This document shows, piece by piece, positions 50,965 through 61,030 of a DNA stretch of 64,000 bases (position 1 is its first letter; every line of letters starts with the position of its first letter). The notes beneath the pieces were generated by a model, which was not told the origin of the DNA, searched no databases, and saw only the letters and a program-made list of their open reading frames with translations. The translations under genes and the position numbers were made by a program. Origin of the DNA: Alphaproteobacteria bacterium. Lineage in GTDB: Bacteria; Pseudomonadota; Alphaproteobacteria; Rs-D84. The stretch lies in assembly GCA_017935245.1 (NCBI GenBank), contig JAGBHZ010000002.1, forward strand, positions 27,735 to 91,734, given 5' to 3'.

Positions 50965-51688
50965 GCCAATAATTTTGCCGTTGTGTTTTCTGATGGCGGC
51001 ATGCACCACAATGATTGTGGGACCATATGATTTTACATATGTGCCGGTTGATGCTGGTACGTTTGAAATTGCAACATGGCAACATCTGACCAATGCATCG
51101 GACCCCGTGCATATTTATATCGAAGGCGACGGATACGCATTTGACCGACATGGGCGTCCAACACGAAACCCAACACCACGCACACATTTTATGCGAAATC
51201 TGGCATCGCGTGATGACGCAACAAATGTAATCTATATGGCGCGCCCATGCCAGTATATTCGTGGTCCAAATTGCGATGTATCCGATTGGACAAATGGGCG
51301 TTTTTCAAACGATGTTATAAAGTCTATGTACACGGCGGTAAAAACCGTGGCCAAGGGGCGCCCAATTGTTTTTATCGGCTATTCGGGTGGTGGTTTTGTT
51401 TCGGGGGCATTGATTAAAAAATATCCAGATTTAAATGTAAAAAAATGGGTTACCGTTGCCGGTGTGTTAAACCATGCCGATTGGACAGAATATTTTGATG
51501 ACGCCCCATTAAATAAATCAATAACCATGAACGGATTGCCGCACATAGATCAGTTGCATTATATCGCCGATGGGGATACCGTTGTACCAAACCATTTGTC
51601 GCGCAAATGGGCCCATCCATCGGATATCGTTGTTGTTCCAAATGCGCGGCATGATTCTTTTCCGGGGCTGGAACCAGATTTAAATTAA
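50954..51688 (+). CDS. Alpha/beta-hydrolase lipoprotein
   Basis: Lipobox MAAC, IYIEGDG, GYSGGG nucleophile elbow, D..V, H. Confidence 0.8.
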   Translation: MNFKPIILPLCFLMAACTTMIVGPYDFTYVPVDAGTFEIATWQHLTNASDPVHIYIEGDGYAFDRHGRPTRNPTPRTHFMRNLASRDDATNVIYMARPCQYIRGPNCDVSDWTNGRFSNDVIKSMYTAVKTVAKGRPIVFIGYSGGGFVSGALIKKYPDLNVKKWVTVAGVLNHADWTEYFDDAPLNKSITMNGLPHIDQLHYIADGDTVVPNHLSRKWAHPSDIVVVPNARHDSFPGLEPDLN

Positions 51689-51732
51689 TAATTTTATAGA
51701 AAACAAAAAAAATATCGATTATAATGCATGTA

Positions 51733-51796
51733 TGGTGATGGCTTGTCGCCACGGGTGTCGAAATCCCGTAGCTAACGTCTGACAAAGCCCAGACGT
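51733..51796 (+). ncRNA. Putative C4/CI-like antisense RNA, copy 2
   Basis: TATAAT at 51720-51725; hairpins ggtga/tcgcc, acggg-tgtcgaaat-cccgt, acgtctg/cagacgt; loop tcgaaat is complementary to atttcga at 51882-51888. Confidence 0.5.
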
Positions 51797-51821
51797 AAAA
51801 CATGTGCCCTACAACCAATAT

Positions 51822-51924
51822 CGGTTGGAGGGCGGGTGGAATAAGGATAAAATCCAAATACACCGCACTATTTAGCTATAGATTTCGAACCTCCAACCGC
51901 CTATATTTAACAGGGTGGTTTTTT
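51822..51924 (+). promoter_or_regulatory. Putative antiterminator/terminator switch, copy 2
   Basis: cggttggagg (51822-51831) pairs with cctccaaccg (51890-51899), competing with the aaccgcc/gggtggtt hairpin + T tract. Confidence 0.45.
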
Positions 51925-51988
51925 ATAATCATTATTATTGCCCCCCATAACATATCTTATCTCCAAAAACAAAACGGGGGGGCAACTT

Positions 51989-52762
51989 TTAAATTGAAAA
52001 AACTAAAACACGTTCTGTGCCACTTAAATCATTTTCAGCACGTTCAAATTTCCATCCGGCATTATGAAAAATTTCGCGAACGCGTTTTCCCATGCCAATA
52101 CCGATTTCCAGGTATATTTTACCGCGTGGTACAATTATATCGCGTGCATTTATTGCAATCGCCTGGTACGCGGCATATCCGTCGCTGGCGGCGTACAGTG
52201 CCATTTTTGGATCGAACGACGCCCCGGTATCCACACGTGTATCCCCACGGGCAATATATGGTGGATTTGAAACAATTATGTCAAATGGCGAATTAAATCG
52301 CATTTTTTTTGCAAAAGACATCCGCTTTATGATGACTTTATTTTCCAGATTATGCTTTTTTATGTTTCTGCGTGCCACGCGTATTGCGCCGCGTGAAATA
52401 TCGATTGCGGTGCCATGTGCGCCATGAATATTTTTAATCAGACTGACTATTACGCATCCGGTTCCAGTTCCGATGTCCAGAATTCTTGGATTTTTTATTC
52501 CCGCCCCACAATCTGAAATTACGGCCGAAACCAGTGTTTCTGTATCTGGGCGTGGATCCAATGTATGTTTGTTTGTATAAAACTGTAACCCAAAGAACCA
52601 TTTTTTTCCGATAATTTTTGCCACCGGCACGCCACGACGCAGCATGCGCGCATAAGACCAAACGCGAAATCGCGATAATATCGGATTGTTTTCAGTAATA
52701 ATTCGTGCCGCGCGTACACCGCCCGCCTGGGCCAAGATTGTGAATGCTTGATTTGTTGTCAT
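51989..52762 (-). CDS. prmC: Release factor glutamine methyltransferase
   Basis: PRPDTETLV, LDIGTGTGC, IVSNPPYI. Confidence 0.92.
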   Translation of the reverse strand: MTTNQAFTILAQAGGVRAARIITENNPILSRFRVWSYARMLRRGVPVAKIIGKKWFFGLQFYTNKHTLDPRPDTETLVSAVISDCGAGIKNPRILDIGTGTGCVIVSLIKNIHGAHGTAIDISRGAIRVARRNIKKHNLENKVIIKRMSFAKKMRFNSPFDIIVSNPPYIARGDTRVDTGASFDPKMALYAASDGYAAYQAIAINARDIIVPRGKIYLEIGIGMGKRVREIFHNAGWKFERAENDLSGTERVLVFSI

Positions 52763-52783
52763 AAAATGATTATAATCGCTGTT

Positions 52784-54043
52784 ATGAAAAAAGCAAAAGA
52801 TATTCTAAATCCTGTCAATTTGACCCGTATGGTGGTTGCATTGGCAATATTGTTAACATTAATTGCAATTTTTTTGGTGGTAACGCGTCGCGCACCGGCA
52901 TTGGATTCACGCCGTGCATCGGATACATGTACATCGGTTGTGGTGGTTGCGTCCGGCGACACATTGTCCAAGTTATTATTAGAGCAGGGCTTAACCCACA
53001 ACGACGTTGATGCAATTGCCAAAACGTTAAAGAAAGATGCCGGCATTTCCACCCTGCGTGCGGACAGTGATAAAATCGAATTTACACGTCAAACCGATAA
53101 CGCCCCTGTTTCCAAGATTGTGGTTATTCCATCTCCCTGGAAACAGGTTGAATTAACCTGTGATGAAGCCGGTGCATGGAATTGCAAAACGGTTGATATT
53201 GAACGCGATACGCGCGCGGTATATCGTGCGGGCGAAATCCTGGACGGGGACAGTTTTTATCTGGCGGGTAATCGTGCGGGTATTCCGGCGGGTATATTGG
53301 CCGATGTTTATGATTTATTGGCGTTTGAAATGGACTTTGAACGTGATGTCCGTGCCGGCCAGAAATTCTGGGTTGTGTACGAAGAAAACTTTTCAGACGG
53401 CAAAAAGATTGATAACGGTCGCGTATTGGCGGTGTCGTTTGATGCATTACGCGGAAATGTAAAGATGTATCGTTATCGCAAATCTGATGGAACGACTGGA
53501 TATTATGATGCCGATGGTAATGGTGCGATAAAATCGTTAAAGCGTACCCCCATCAATAATGCCAAGGTTACCAGCAGTTTTTCAAACAAGCGCAAGCATC
53601 CCGTACTGGGGTACACCCGCGCGCACAAGGGGGTAGATTTCCGTGCGTCAACCGGCACACCGATTCCGGCCGCCGGTGCGGGGCGTGTAATTGCGCGTGG
53701 CTATAATCGTGGGCATGGTAATTATATTAAATTGCGTCATAATGGTTCTTATGAAACGTTGTATGCGCATTTATCCAGGTTTGTCAAAAATGTAAAGGTT
53801 GGCACCAACGTCCGCCAGGGGCAAACAATTGGATATGTTGGTTCAACGGGCATGTCCACGGGTCCACATTTGCATTATGAAATAATCAAAGATGGCAAAC
53901 ACGTAAATCCAATGACTGTGAAATTACCAGCAATCAGTAACCTGGATAAAAAAGAAAAGAAAAATTTCACAGAATATCGTAAATTGATGGATGATGCGAT
54001 TGAAGAATTAAAAAAGAATCAAAATCTGTTTATTCAGTTATAA
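52784..54043 (+). CDS. M23 family murein endopeptidase (MepM/Csd1-like)
   Basis: HPVLGYTRAHKGVDF, YETLYAHL, STGPHLHYE. Confidence 0.9.
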   Translation: MKKAKDILNPVNLTRMVVALAILLTLIAIFLVVTRRAPALDSRRASDTCTSVVVVASGDTLSKLLLEQGLTHNDVDAIAKTLKKDAGISTLRADSDKIEFTRQTDNAPVSKIVVIPSPWKQVELTCDEAGAWNCKTVDIERDTRAVYRAGEILDGDSFYLAGNRAGIPAGILADVYDLLAFEMDFERDVRAGQKFWVVYEENFSDGKKIDNGRVLAVSFDALRGNVKMYRYRKSDGTTGYYDADGNGAIKSLKRTPINNAKVTSSFSNKRKHPVLGYTRAHKGVDFRASTGTPIPAAGAGRVIARGYNRGHGNYIKLRHNGSYETLYAHLSRFVKNVKVGTNVRQGQTIGYVGSTGMSTGPHLHYEIIKDGKHVNPMTVKLPAISNLDKKEKKNFTEYRKLMDDAIEELKKNQNLFIQL

Positions 54044-54063
54044 AATATCCCGCAATTTGCGGG

Positions 54064-54975
54064 TTATTTTTTTGCGCGTGGATGTGCATGGGTGTATATG
54101 TTGGAAATCTCACTCATATTAACCTTGGTATATAATTGTGTTGCCGCCAACGAAGAATGCCCCAATAATTCTTGCAAATTGCGCAAATCTGCCCCACCCG
54201 CCAACAGGGCCGTTGCAAACGTATGTCGCAATGCGTGCGGTGTAACATAGTCGGGTAATTGCATATAGTTGCGCAGTTTTTCAACAACTTTCTCGGCCAT
54301 GCGTGGCGACATGGGCAATCCACGCACACTGCGAAACAGTGGGGAATCGGCCCCTTTGTCAAACGGATGCGCGGCAATATATTTTTCGATTGCGTCCCAT
54401 ACCGCGGGCAGCACCGGGACAATGCGTTCTTTTTTTCCTTTGCCATAAATGTGCAAAATATCGGGTCGCCCCGTAACATCTTGTATGGTCAACGCCAGTG
54501 CTTCTGATATTCGCAGCCCACACCCAAACAGCAACATCACCAACGCCCAATCACGCGATGCAATCCATGGGTTCGTGTTATTGGTTTCACGAATTGCGTC
54601 ATGCATATTTTCCACATCGCCCGCATCAATTGCCTTGGATAATTTTCGCGGTATTTTTGGGGCCGAAATCAATTCAATTGCATCGTTCTTGATTTCGTAT
54701 TTACGACCGATAAATTTATAGAACCCACGCAGCGATGATAATGCCCGTGCCGTTGATTTCGCCGCCAGTCCCCGGCGTTGCCGATTGGCCATGTATGATC
54801 GAAAGCATATTGTGTCCGCCCGCCCCAGTGATTCAATCGTTACATCACCACCGTTAAATTCCCCCAGGAATTCAACAAAATCTTGTACGTCGGTCTGGTA
54901 CGCCGCGGCCGTATGTGGCGAATAGTTTTTTACCGCCCCCAGGTATTCAATAAATTCGATAATAATATCGTTCAT
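54064..54975 (-). CDS. xerC: Tyrosine recombinase XerC
   Basis: YSPHTAAAY..D, GCGLRISE, GKGKKER, TPHALRHTFAT, LQELLGHSSLAATQLYT. Confidence 0.85.
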   Translation of the reverse strand: MNDIIIEFIEYLGAVKNYSPHTAAAYQTDVQDFVEFLGEFNGGDVTIESLGRADTICFRSYMANRQRRGLAAKSTARALSSLRGFYKFIGRKYEIKNDAIELISAPKIPRKLSKAIDAGDVENMHDAIRETNNTNPWIASRDWALVMLLFGCGLRISEALALTIQDVTGRPDILHIYGKGKKERIVPVLPAVWDAIEKYIAAHPFDKGADSPLFRSVRGLPMSPRMAEKVVEKLRNYMQLPDYVTPHALRHTFATALLAGGADLRNLQELLGHSSLAATQLYTKVNMSEISNIYTHAHPRAKK

Positions 54976-54983
54976 TTTTAGCT

Positions 54984-55715
54984 TTATCTAATTTCAAATA
55001 CCGCGGAAACGGTAACTGAAACATCTGTATCGCGTGAAACAATTGTCCCAGTGGCATCCATTGCGGCTGCAACTTCCAGTTTTGCGCTTCGCATCAGGTT
55101 TGACGTCGGATATGCGACATTGCCATTTTGTGCCCCATACGACACCGCCAGCATTTTGCCCGCCCGTTTACCATCGCCCATTGCCAACGCGTCGGCGCGC
55201 ATACGTGCGTTTTCAACCGCGCGTGCCATACAATCTTCGATAACCGGTTTCAGTGTTTCTGGGCTGGTGTACATGCGCAGATTTTCAGAATATACATTTG
55301 TCTGGCCCGCAAACTGGGTCAGTATTTTTTCAATTGTTTCGATGTTATTTGCCGATACTTCGACGGAAATTGTTGTTTCAATCCCCAGTACAACTGATTT
55401 TTGTTCATCGCGATTCCACTCGGTCTTTTCATACGAATTAAATTGCGTGGTTTGCATTTGAACATCTTGGGTTTTCAAGAATTCGGTTATTTCTGCGACC
55501 TTGGCGGTTGCCATTTTCATTGATGTGGCGGCCGATTTATCCAGTGTTGTAATCCGCAGTGTAATGGCGGTTTTATCACGTGGCGCCGTCGCCAGGCATT
55601 CGCCACTTGTTGCAATGGTACGTGGTTCGCTTTTACGTTCCAGCGCCCCAAATATCAGGCTAAGTACCGCCGCCGTTCCAATAACTGTACCAATCCAAAT
55701 TAATGATTTTCTCAT
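54984..55715 (-). CDS. SIMPL domain (DUF541) protein
   Basis: N-terminal anchor, RAVENARMRADALA, V.V.VSAVFEI. Confidence 0.75.
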   Translation of the reverse strand: MRKSLIWIGTVIGTAAVLSLIFGALERKSEPRTIATSGECLATAPRDKTAITLRITTLDKSAATSMKMATAKVAEITEFLKTQDVQMQTTQFNSYEKTEWNRDEQKSVVLGIETTISVEVSANNIETIEKILTQFAGQTNVYSENLRMYTSPETLKPVIEDCMARAVENARMRADALAMGDGKRAGKMLAVSYGAQNGNVAYPTSNLMRSAKLEVAAAMDATGTIVSRDTDVSVTVSAVFEIR

Positions 55716-55734
55716 ATTCTCTCTCCTTTTGTTT

Positions 55735-56733
55735 TTAGCCCAACATGGCTTTTTTTACGTCTTTCATTGTGTCGCGTGCAACCGCACGTGCGCGTTCTGC
55801 CCCCCGGGCCAGTATAGATTCTATTTCCGCCGGGTTTGCCATTAACCGTTCATATTCATTGCGTGGTCCCGCCAACACAGAATTAATTTTTTCAAACAGT
55901 ATTGTCTTTGCCGTACCATAGCCCATACCACCGGCACGGAACATTTCGGCAAATTCTGCGATTTCTGTGTCGGTTGCAAAGTGTTTATACAGTTGATAAA
56001 TGGTGGACGTATCTGGGTCTTTTGCCTCTTCTGGTGTTTTTGAATCTGTGATGATACGCATAATTTTTTTCTTTAATTCTTTTTCTGGTGCAAATAATGC
56101 AATTGTGTTGTCATAAGACTTACTCATTTTGCGTCCATCCAGTCCTGGTATTAATCCCGTCTCTGAACCAATGACTGGTTCTGGTAACTTGAACGTATTG
56201 CCGTATATATGGTTAAAATATCCGGCAATATCACGTGCAAATTCGACGTGCTGTTTCTGGTCTGCGCCCACTGGCACGATATCAGATTTATACAATAAAA
56301 TATCCGCCGTCATCAATATCGGATATGTGTACAACCCCATATTAACCCCTGCATCCGTATCCAGTCCCGCGGCAATATTTTTATCCATTGCCGCCTTGTA
56401 CGAATGTGCGCGATTCATCAGGCCCTTTGGTGTAACATTGCTAAGCAGCGTGTTTAATTGATAAATTTCATCAATATCCGATTGACGGAACAACACCGCG
56501 TTATTCGTGTCCAGTCCCAACGCAATCATCATTGCTGCAATTTCATATGTGTGTTGTTTTATTTGCGCGGCATCCTGAATAGAATTCAGTGCATGTAAAT
56601 CCGCAATAAACATAAAAGTCTTGTGTTCGCGTGCGCGTTCAATCAGTGGCTTTAACGCGCCAATATAATTACCCAAATGTGGCATACCGGTTGGTTTGAT
56701 GCCTGTTAATACGATTTTATCTGTGTTTGACAT
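55735..56733 (-). CDS. trpS: Tryptophanyl-tRNA synthetase
   Basis: TGIKPTG.PHLGNYIG, YPILMTADIL, VPVGADQKQH, KMSKS. Confidence 0.96.
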   Translation of the reverse strand: MSNTDKIVLTGIKPTGMPHLGNYIGALKPLIERAREHKTFMFIADLHALNSIQDAAQIKQHTYEIAAMMIALGLDTNNAVLFRQSDIDEIYQLNTLLSNVTPKGLMNRAHSYKAAMDKNIAAGLDTDAGVNMGLYTYPILMTADILLYKSDIVPVGADQKQHVEFARDIAGYFNHIYGNTFKLPEPVIGSETGLIPGLDGRKMSKSYDNTIALFAPEKELKKKIMRIITDSKTPEEAKDPDTSTIYQLYKHFATDTEIAEFAEMFRAGGMGYGTAKTILFEKINSVLAGPRNEYERLMANPAEIESILARGAERARAVARDTMKDVKKAMLG

Positions 56734-56913
56734 AATAATTTACCTTTTCTTGTTTTTGATTGTAATGAATTTATTATTGAAATGAAAGCCCAAATTTCGC
56801 GGGCAGGGTGCAAAAAAACCTTAGGCGGCAATGCGCCAACTAAACACATTTGAAAAGATAATTTTATCTAAACTCATAACATGCATCGTATCAGGTATTT
56901 GATAAAAATCAAG

Positions 56914-57558
56914 TTAACCTTTAAAAAACGGATTGTTTTGTTTTTGCCAACCGATTGTTGTATTCATACCATGTCCATGAATAACAACGGTTGTATCTGG
57001 TAAATTCATATCAACAATCTTTGCAATTGACCCGAACAATATTTTTTCGTCGCCCCCGGGCAAATCGGTCCGCCCGTATGAATCCTGGAACAGGGTATCG
57101 CCCACAATAAAAATGCCGTCGTCCGGCAAGATATATCCCATGCCCCCACGGGTGTGTCCTGGCAAATGAACAATCTGCATTTTTGTATCGCCCAGAATTG
57201 TGTGTTCGCCGGGCTTTATATCAACCGGCGCCTGGTCTTGTGCGGATAATTTTGGCAATTTAAAATAATCCAGCAATCCATTGCCCCACTCAATCAAATC
57301 CATATCCAAATGCGACATGTGCCAGTCGATTCCAAATCGCTTTGCAATTTCGGCGGCGGCGGATATATGATCGGGATGGCCATGGGTCGCATATACCGCA
57401 ACCGGTTTTACCCCACGTGCGGCAAAATATTTTTCCCATGCGTCTGCATGTCCCCACGGATCAAAAACAAGACATTTATCCCCACCAAAAATCACCACAG
57501 AATTTGTATTCTGTGGCGACATTTGAACCAATTCGAATTTATTTTTTTGTTTTTGCAT
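56914..57558 (-). CDS. Metallo-beta-lactamase fold hydrolase (glyoxalase II-like)
   Basis: THGHPDHIS, PGHTRG, GDTLF, GRTDLPGG, HGHG. Confidence 0.88.
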   Translation of the reverse strand: MQKQKNKFELVQMSPQNTNSVVIFGGDKCLVFDPWGHADAWEKYFAARGVKPVAVYATHGHPDHISAAAEIAKRFGIDWHMSHLDMDLIEWGNGLLDYFKLPKLSAQDQAPVDIKPGEHTILGDTKMQIVHLPGHTRGGMGYILPDDGIFIVGDTLFQDSYGRTDLPGGDEKILFGSIAKIVDMNLPDTTVVIHGHGMNTTIGWQKQNNPFFKG

Positions 57559-59455
57559 TTGCTTTTTTATTTGTTTTTCGTGGTTCTGATTTTTTTGCCC
57601 CGAAAACAATTTCACGAATTTCTTCGCCCGTTAATGTTTCACGGTTCAATAATTCGTTGGCTAACTTTTCAACGGTTTTCTTGTTCTTGGTCAGCAACCC
57701 TTTTGCATCCTTGTGTGCGGTGTCTAACCATGAACGAATTTCCGCATCGACCAGTTCGGCTGTTTTTTCTGAAGCATTTTCCAGCGCCCCACGTGTTCCA
57801 ATTGTTGACACCTGGTTAATCGCCGCCAGCCCCAGTTTTTCAGACAACCCCGCGGTTGTAATTGAATACCGTGCCAGACGTGTTGCCATTGCGATATCGC
57901 TTTCGGCGCCGGTGGTAATCTTGTCTGGGCCAAAGAACAATTCTTCGGCGCTGCGCCCCGCCAGTGCAATCGACAGATTCGCCCGCACTTCTTCGCGTGT
58001 CATTGACACCTTGTCATCAATCGGCAGGTGTTGAACCATCCCCAATGCGCGACCACGTGGAATAATTGTCGCCTTGTGAATTGGATCTGTGATATCTGCG
58101 TACATCATACTAACAAATGCGTGCCCCGCTTCGTGATATGCGGTTAATTTAATGTCTTCTGGGCGCATTTTACGCAGTTTTCGTGGTCCCATAATAATTT
58201 TATCGCGTGCTTCGTCAATATCGATGGCCGATATTTCTTTGCGATTGTTGCGCACTGCATGCAATGCGGCTTCGTTCAACAGGTTTTCTAAATCTGCCCC
58301 CGAAAAACCGGTTGTTCCACGTGCCACATCCCCCAGATTAACATCTGAACCCATTTTTACACGCCCTGAATATAAATTCAGAATTTCACGACGTCCCGCC
58401 ATATCGGGTAATTCAATGTGAACCTGGCGGTCAAAACGTCCTGGTCGCAACAGGGCCGAATCCAGCATATCTGGTCGATTTGTTGCACCAATAACGATGA
58501 TACCAGTATTGTTTGCAAAACCATCCATTTCAATTAATAATTGATTCAGTGTTTGTTCACGGTCCTGGTCATTAAAAGAATGTGCGCTGCGTCGTTGCCC
58601 AATTGCATCGATTTCATCGATAAACAGTATGCATGGCGCATTACGCTTTGCCATTTCGAACATTTCTTTGATTTTCGCAACCCCCAGGCCTACGATAATC
58701 CCCGAAAAATCGGACCCCGATGTTGCAAAGAACGGAACATTTGCTTCGCCGGCGATTGCACGTGCCAATAATGTTTTACCGGTGCCTGGTTCACCTGACA
58801 GCAAAACACCACGTGGCACACGTGCACCAACGCTTTGGTATTTATCTTTGTTTTTCAAGAAATCGACAACTTCGCTTAATTCTTGTTTTTCAGAATCAAT
58901 TCCGGCAACATCCTTGAATGTTGTCCCCGGTTTGCCAGTGGTAATTTTTGTTGGGTTTTGATTGACCAAACTGCGTCCGATTCCGCCCGCCGGGCCACCA
59001 CGAATTCCGCGGAATATCCACCATATAAAGAACAAACCAATAATAATTGGGAACCATGTACCCAATATATCAACCAAACCACGCGATGTATCAATGGAAA
59101 CATTTGCCCCAGATTCAGAAATCTTGGTCAACAATTCTGGGTCATATGTAATTGTTGCAGTGTATTTTGTACCATCCTTTAATGTGCCACGTGCGTCGTT
59201 TCCACGAATTTCCATTGTTTCAATATCATCTGCGCGCCGCAAAACATCGGAAAAGTTTAATTGCAAAGGCCTTGATGCATTTGTTGCCCCCGGCATACTA
59301 ATACTTGGTGCGCCCCCAACCAAAAATGCGCGCCCAATCATCATCACAAACAGTAATCCAAACAGTCCCAAAAACCACCCAGAATTATCGCGACGATTTT
59401 TTCTGCTTCCAATATTATTAATTTGATTTGGTGTTTTGTTTTTTATTTTTCTCAT
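57539..59455 (-). CDS. ftsH: ATP-dependent zinc metalloprotease FtsH
   Basis: GEPGTGKTLLA, FIDEIDA, ATNRPD, RPGRFDR, HEAGH. Confidence 0.96.
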   Translation of the reverse strand: MRKIKNKTPNQINNIGSRKNRRDNSGWFLGLFGLLFVMMIGRAFLVGGAPSISMPGATNASRPLQLNFSDVLRRADDIETMEIRGNDARGTLKDGTKYTATITYDPELLTKISESGANVSIDTSRGLVDILGTWFPIIIGLFFIWWIFRGIRGGPAGGIGRSLVNQNPTKITTGKPGTTFKDVAGIDSEKQELSEVVDFLKNKDKYQSVGARVPRGVLLSGEPGTGKTLLARAIAGEANVPFFATSGSDFSGIIVGLGVAKIKEMFEMAKRNAPCILFIDEIDAIGQRRSAHSFNDQDREQTLNQLLIEMDGFANNTGIIVIGATNRPDMLDSALLRPGRFDRQVHIELPDMAGRREILNLYSGRVKMGSDVNLGDVARGTTGFSGADLENLLNEAALHAVRNNRKEISAIDIDEARDKIIMGPRKLRKMRPEDIKLTAYHEAGHAFVSMMYADITDPIHKATIIPRGRALGMVQHLPIDDKVSMTREEVRANLSIALAGRSAEELFFGPDKITTGAESDIAMATRLARYSITTAGLSEKLGLAAINQVSTIGTRGALENASEKTAELVDAEIRSWLDTAHKDAKGLLTKNKKTVEKLANELLNRETLTGEEIREIVFGAKKSEPRKTNKKANAKTKK

Positions 59456-60407
59456 TTCGCTTCCTAAATGTTGTTTTTGCCCCTTCGGGTACGATTAAAA
59501 TTTTATCCCCGCGGCGTCGAACCGTACAGTGCCCCAGGGTAAATTTACAATCATGCGATAGATTATCTAGTGCGCGCGCCAATGATTTCAAGCGTGGCTG
59601 ATAATCATCCCCCCCAATTTTTTGAATTAACGTACCAATAAACTTTAATCTAATATCGGGGGCCTGGTCAAATAGAAAAGAGTCAGCAAACATTGCCCCC
59701 CCACGACACGCCACCATTTCAACCATCTTATCAATGTCTGATGTGATTGCATCACGAACCCGCCCCAGGTTTTCAATCGCCAATAAAATCCGACCATCAT
59801 CGATGCCCAGTTTTTCAGCCAACATGTGTCGATTTTTACGAATGCGCACACGTGTGTATTGTTCATCACTGTTCATTTCATCAACAAAATATTTGATATT
59901 ATTTTCATCACAGTATTTTTGTAATTCCCTGCGATATACATTTAACAGTGGGCGCACAATTTTAATCCCGTCGCGCATACTTTCGCATGCCATTGCCGCC
60001 ATCCCGTACAGGCCACTTCCGCGTCCCAGATTCATTAGAAATGTTTCAATTTGGTCATCCGCCTGGTGGGCCAGCATAAGTGTTTCTACACCATTTTCAT
60101 GACACCAATCGGTCATAAATTTATATCGTGCGGCACGTGCGGCGGCTTCAATCCCTGATTTTGGTTTGTTATCGGTCCAAAAGAAAATTTTACACGGAAT
60201 ATTTAGTTTGTTACACAGTTCTTTCACATACTTCGTTTCCGTGTCGGCCGCCGCACGCAATCCATGATTTACATGTAGCGCGGTTATATTCAGTCCACAT
60301 TTTGCCAACCATACCAACAAACACACAGAATCCACACCCCCACTGACCGCGACGGCAATTGGTTCATTGGAATACTTTCGCACAAAATTAACAAAGTTTT
60401 CGTTCAT
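59418..60407 (-). CDS. tilS: tRNA(Ile)-lysidine synthetase (short form)
   Basis: AVSGGVDS, HVNHGLR, ARAARY, AHQADDQIET, RPLL. Confidence 0.93.
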   Translation of the reverse strand: MNENFVNFVRKYSNEPIAVAVSGGVDSVCLLVWLAKCGLNITALHVNHGLRAAADTETKYVKELCNKLNIPCKIFFWTDNKPKSGIEAAARAARYKFMTDWCHENGVETLMLAHQADDQIETFLMNLGRGSGLYGMAAMACESMRDGIKIVRPLLNVYRRELQKYCDENNIKYFVDEMNSDEQYTRVRIRKNRHMLAEKLGIDDGRILLAIENLGRVRDAITSDIDKMVEMVACRGGAMFADSFLFDQAPDIRLKFIGTLIQKIGGDDYQPRLKSLARALDNLSHDCKFTLGHCTVRRRGDKILIVPEGAKTTFRKRNEKNKKQNTKSN

Positions 60408-60456
60408 TGTTTTGGTATTTTATGCTATAATTTTTGAAAATAAAGGAAAAAAGGGA

Positions 60457-61008
60457 ATGGGAAAATTTTTAAAGACGGTTGCAGTTTATTGTGGTCATCA
60501 ATTTGGTAACAATCCTGAATTTAATCGTGCGGCGATTGTGCTGGGGACACAGTTGGCCAAAAACAATATTCAAATGGTATTTGGTGGTGGCGATGTTGGG
60601 TTGATGGGTGCGGTATCAACGGCGGCCCTGCGGGCGGGCGGCCATGTTATTGGTGTTTCAACCGATGATGTCGTTGCACGCCAAGAACCCGCCCACGATG
60701 AAATTGATGTTGAAATTGTTGATGGCGTTAACGAACGTAAACAGCGTATGTTTGAATTGTCGGATGGTTTTATCATCATGCCGGGTGGTATTGGAACACT
60801 GAACGAATTGACCGACATCATGACGATGCAGCAAATTGGTGAAACCAAGAAACCATTGTTCTTTTTAAACATAGAAAACTTTTGGGAACCATTTGGCAAT
60901 TTGGTCAAACATATGATAAATTGCGGATTTATCGAAAGTTTGGACGATTATAATATGCATAATGCAAATTCGGTTGATGAATTGATGAAATTGGTCCTGG
61001 ATAATTAA
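60457..61008 (+). CDS. LOG family nucleotide phosphoribohydrolase (TIGR00730-like)
   Basis: VAVYCG, FGGGDVGLMG, ERKQRM, PGGIGTLNEL. Confidence 0.88.
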   Translation: MGKFLKTVAVYCGHQFGNNPEFNRAAIVLGTQLAKNNIQMVFGGGDVGLMGAVSTAALRAGGHVIGVSTDDVVARQEPAHDEIDVEIVDGVNERKQRMFELSDGFIIMPGGIGTLNELTDIMTMQQIGETKKPLFFLNIENFWEPFGNLVKHMINCGFIESLDDYNMHNANSVDELMKLVLDN

Positions 61009-61029
61009 AAATCCCCCATTTGGGGGATT
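61007..61029. terminator. Bidirectional terminator
   Basis: aaaaatccccca-tt-tgggggatt between convergent genes. Confidence 0.65.
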
Positions 61030-61030
61030 C

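Noticed and set aside
54064-54975. xerC as the integrase of a second island
   Set aside because: It is a housekeeping XerC-type sequence with no att repeats or accessory genes around it.
56734-56913. T-box or attenuator upstream of trpS
   Set aside because: No T-box consensus or Trp leader peptide was seen; the single hairpin is explained as the terminator of the ftsH-MBL operon.
57342-58034. Long antisense ORFs (also 61020-61838, 38334-38981, 28703-29230, 12936-13457)
   Set aside because: They are shadow frames of well-supported genes on the opposite strand and show no motifs.
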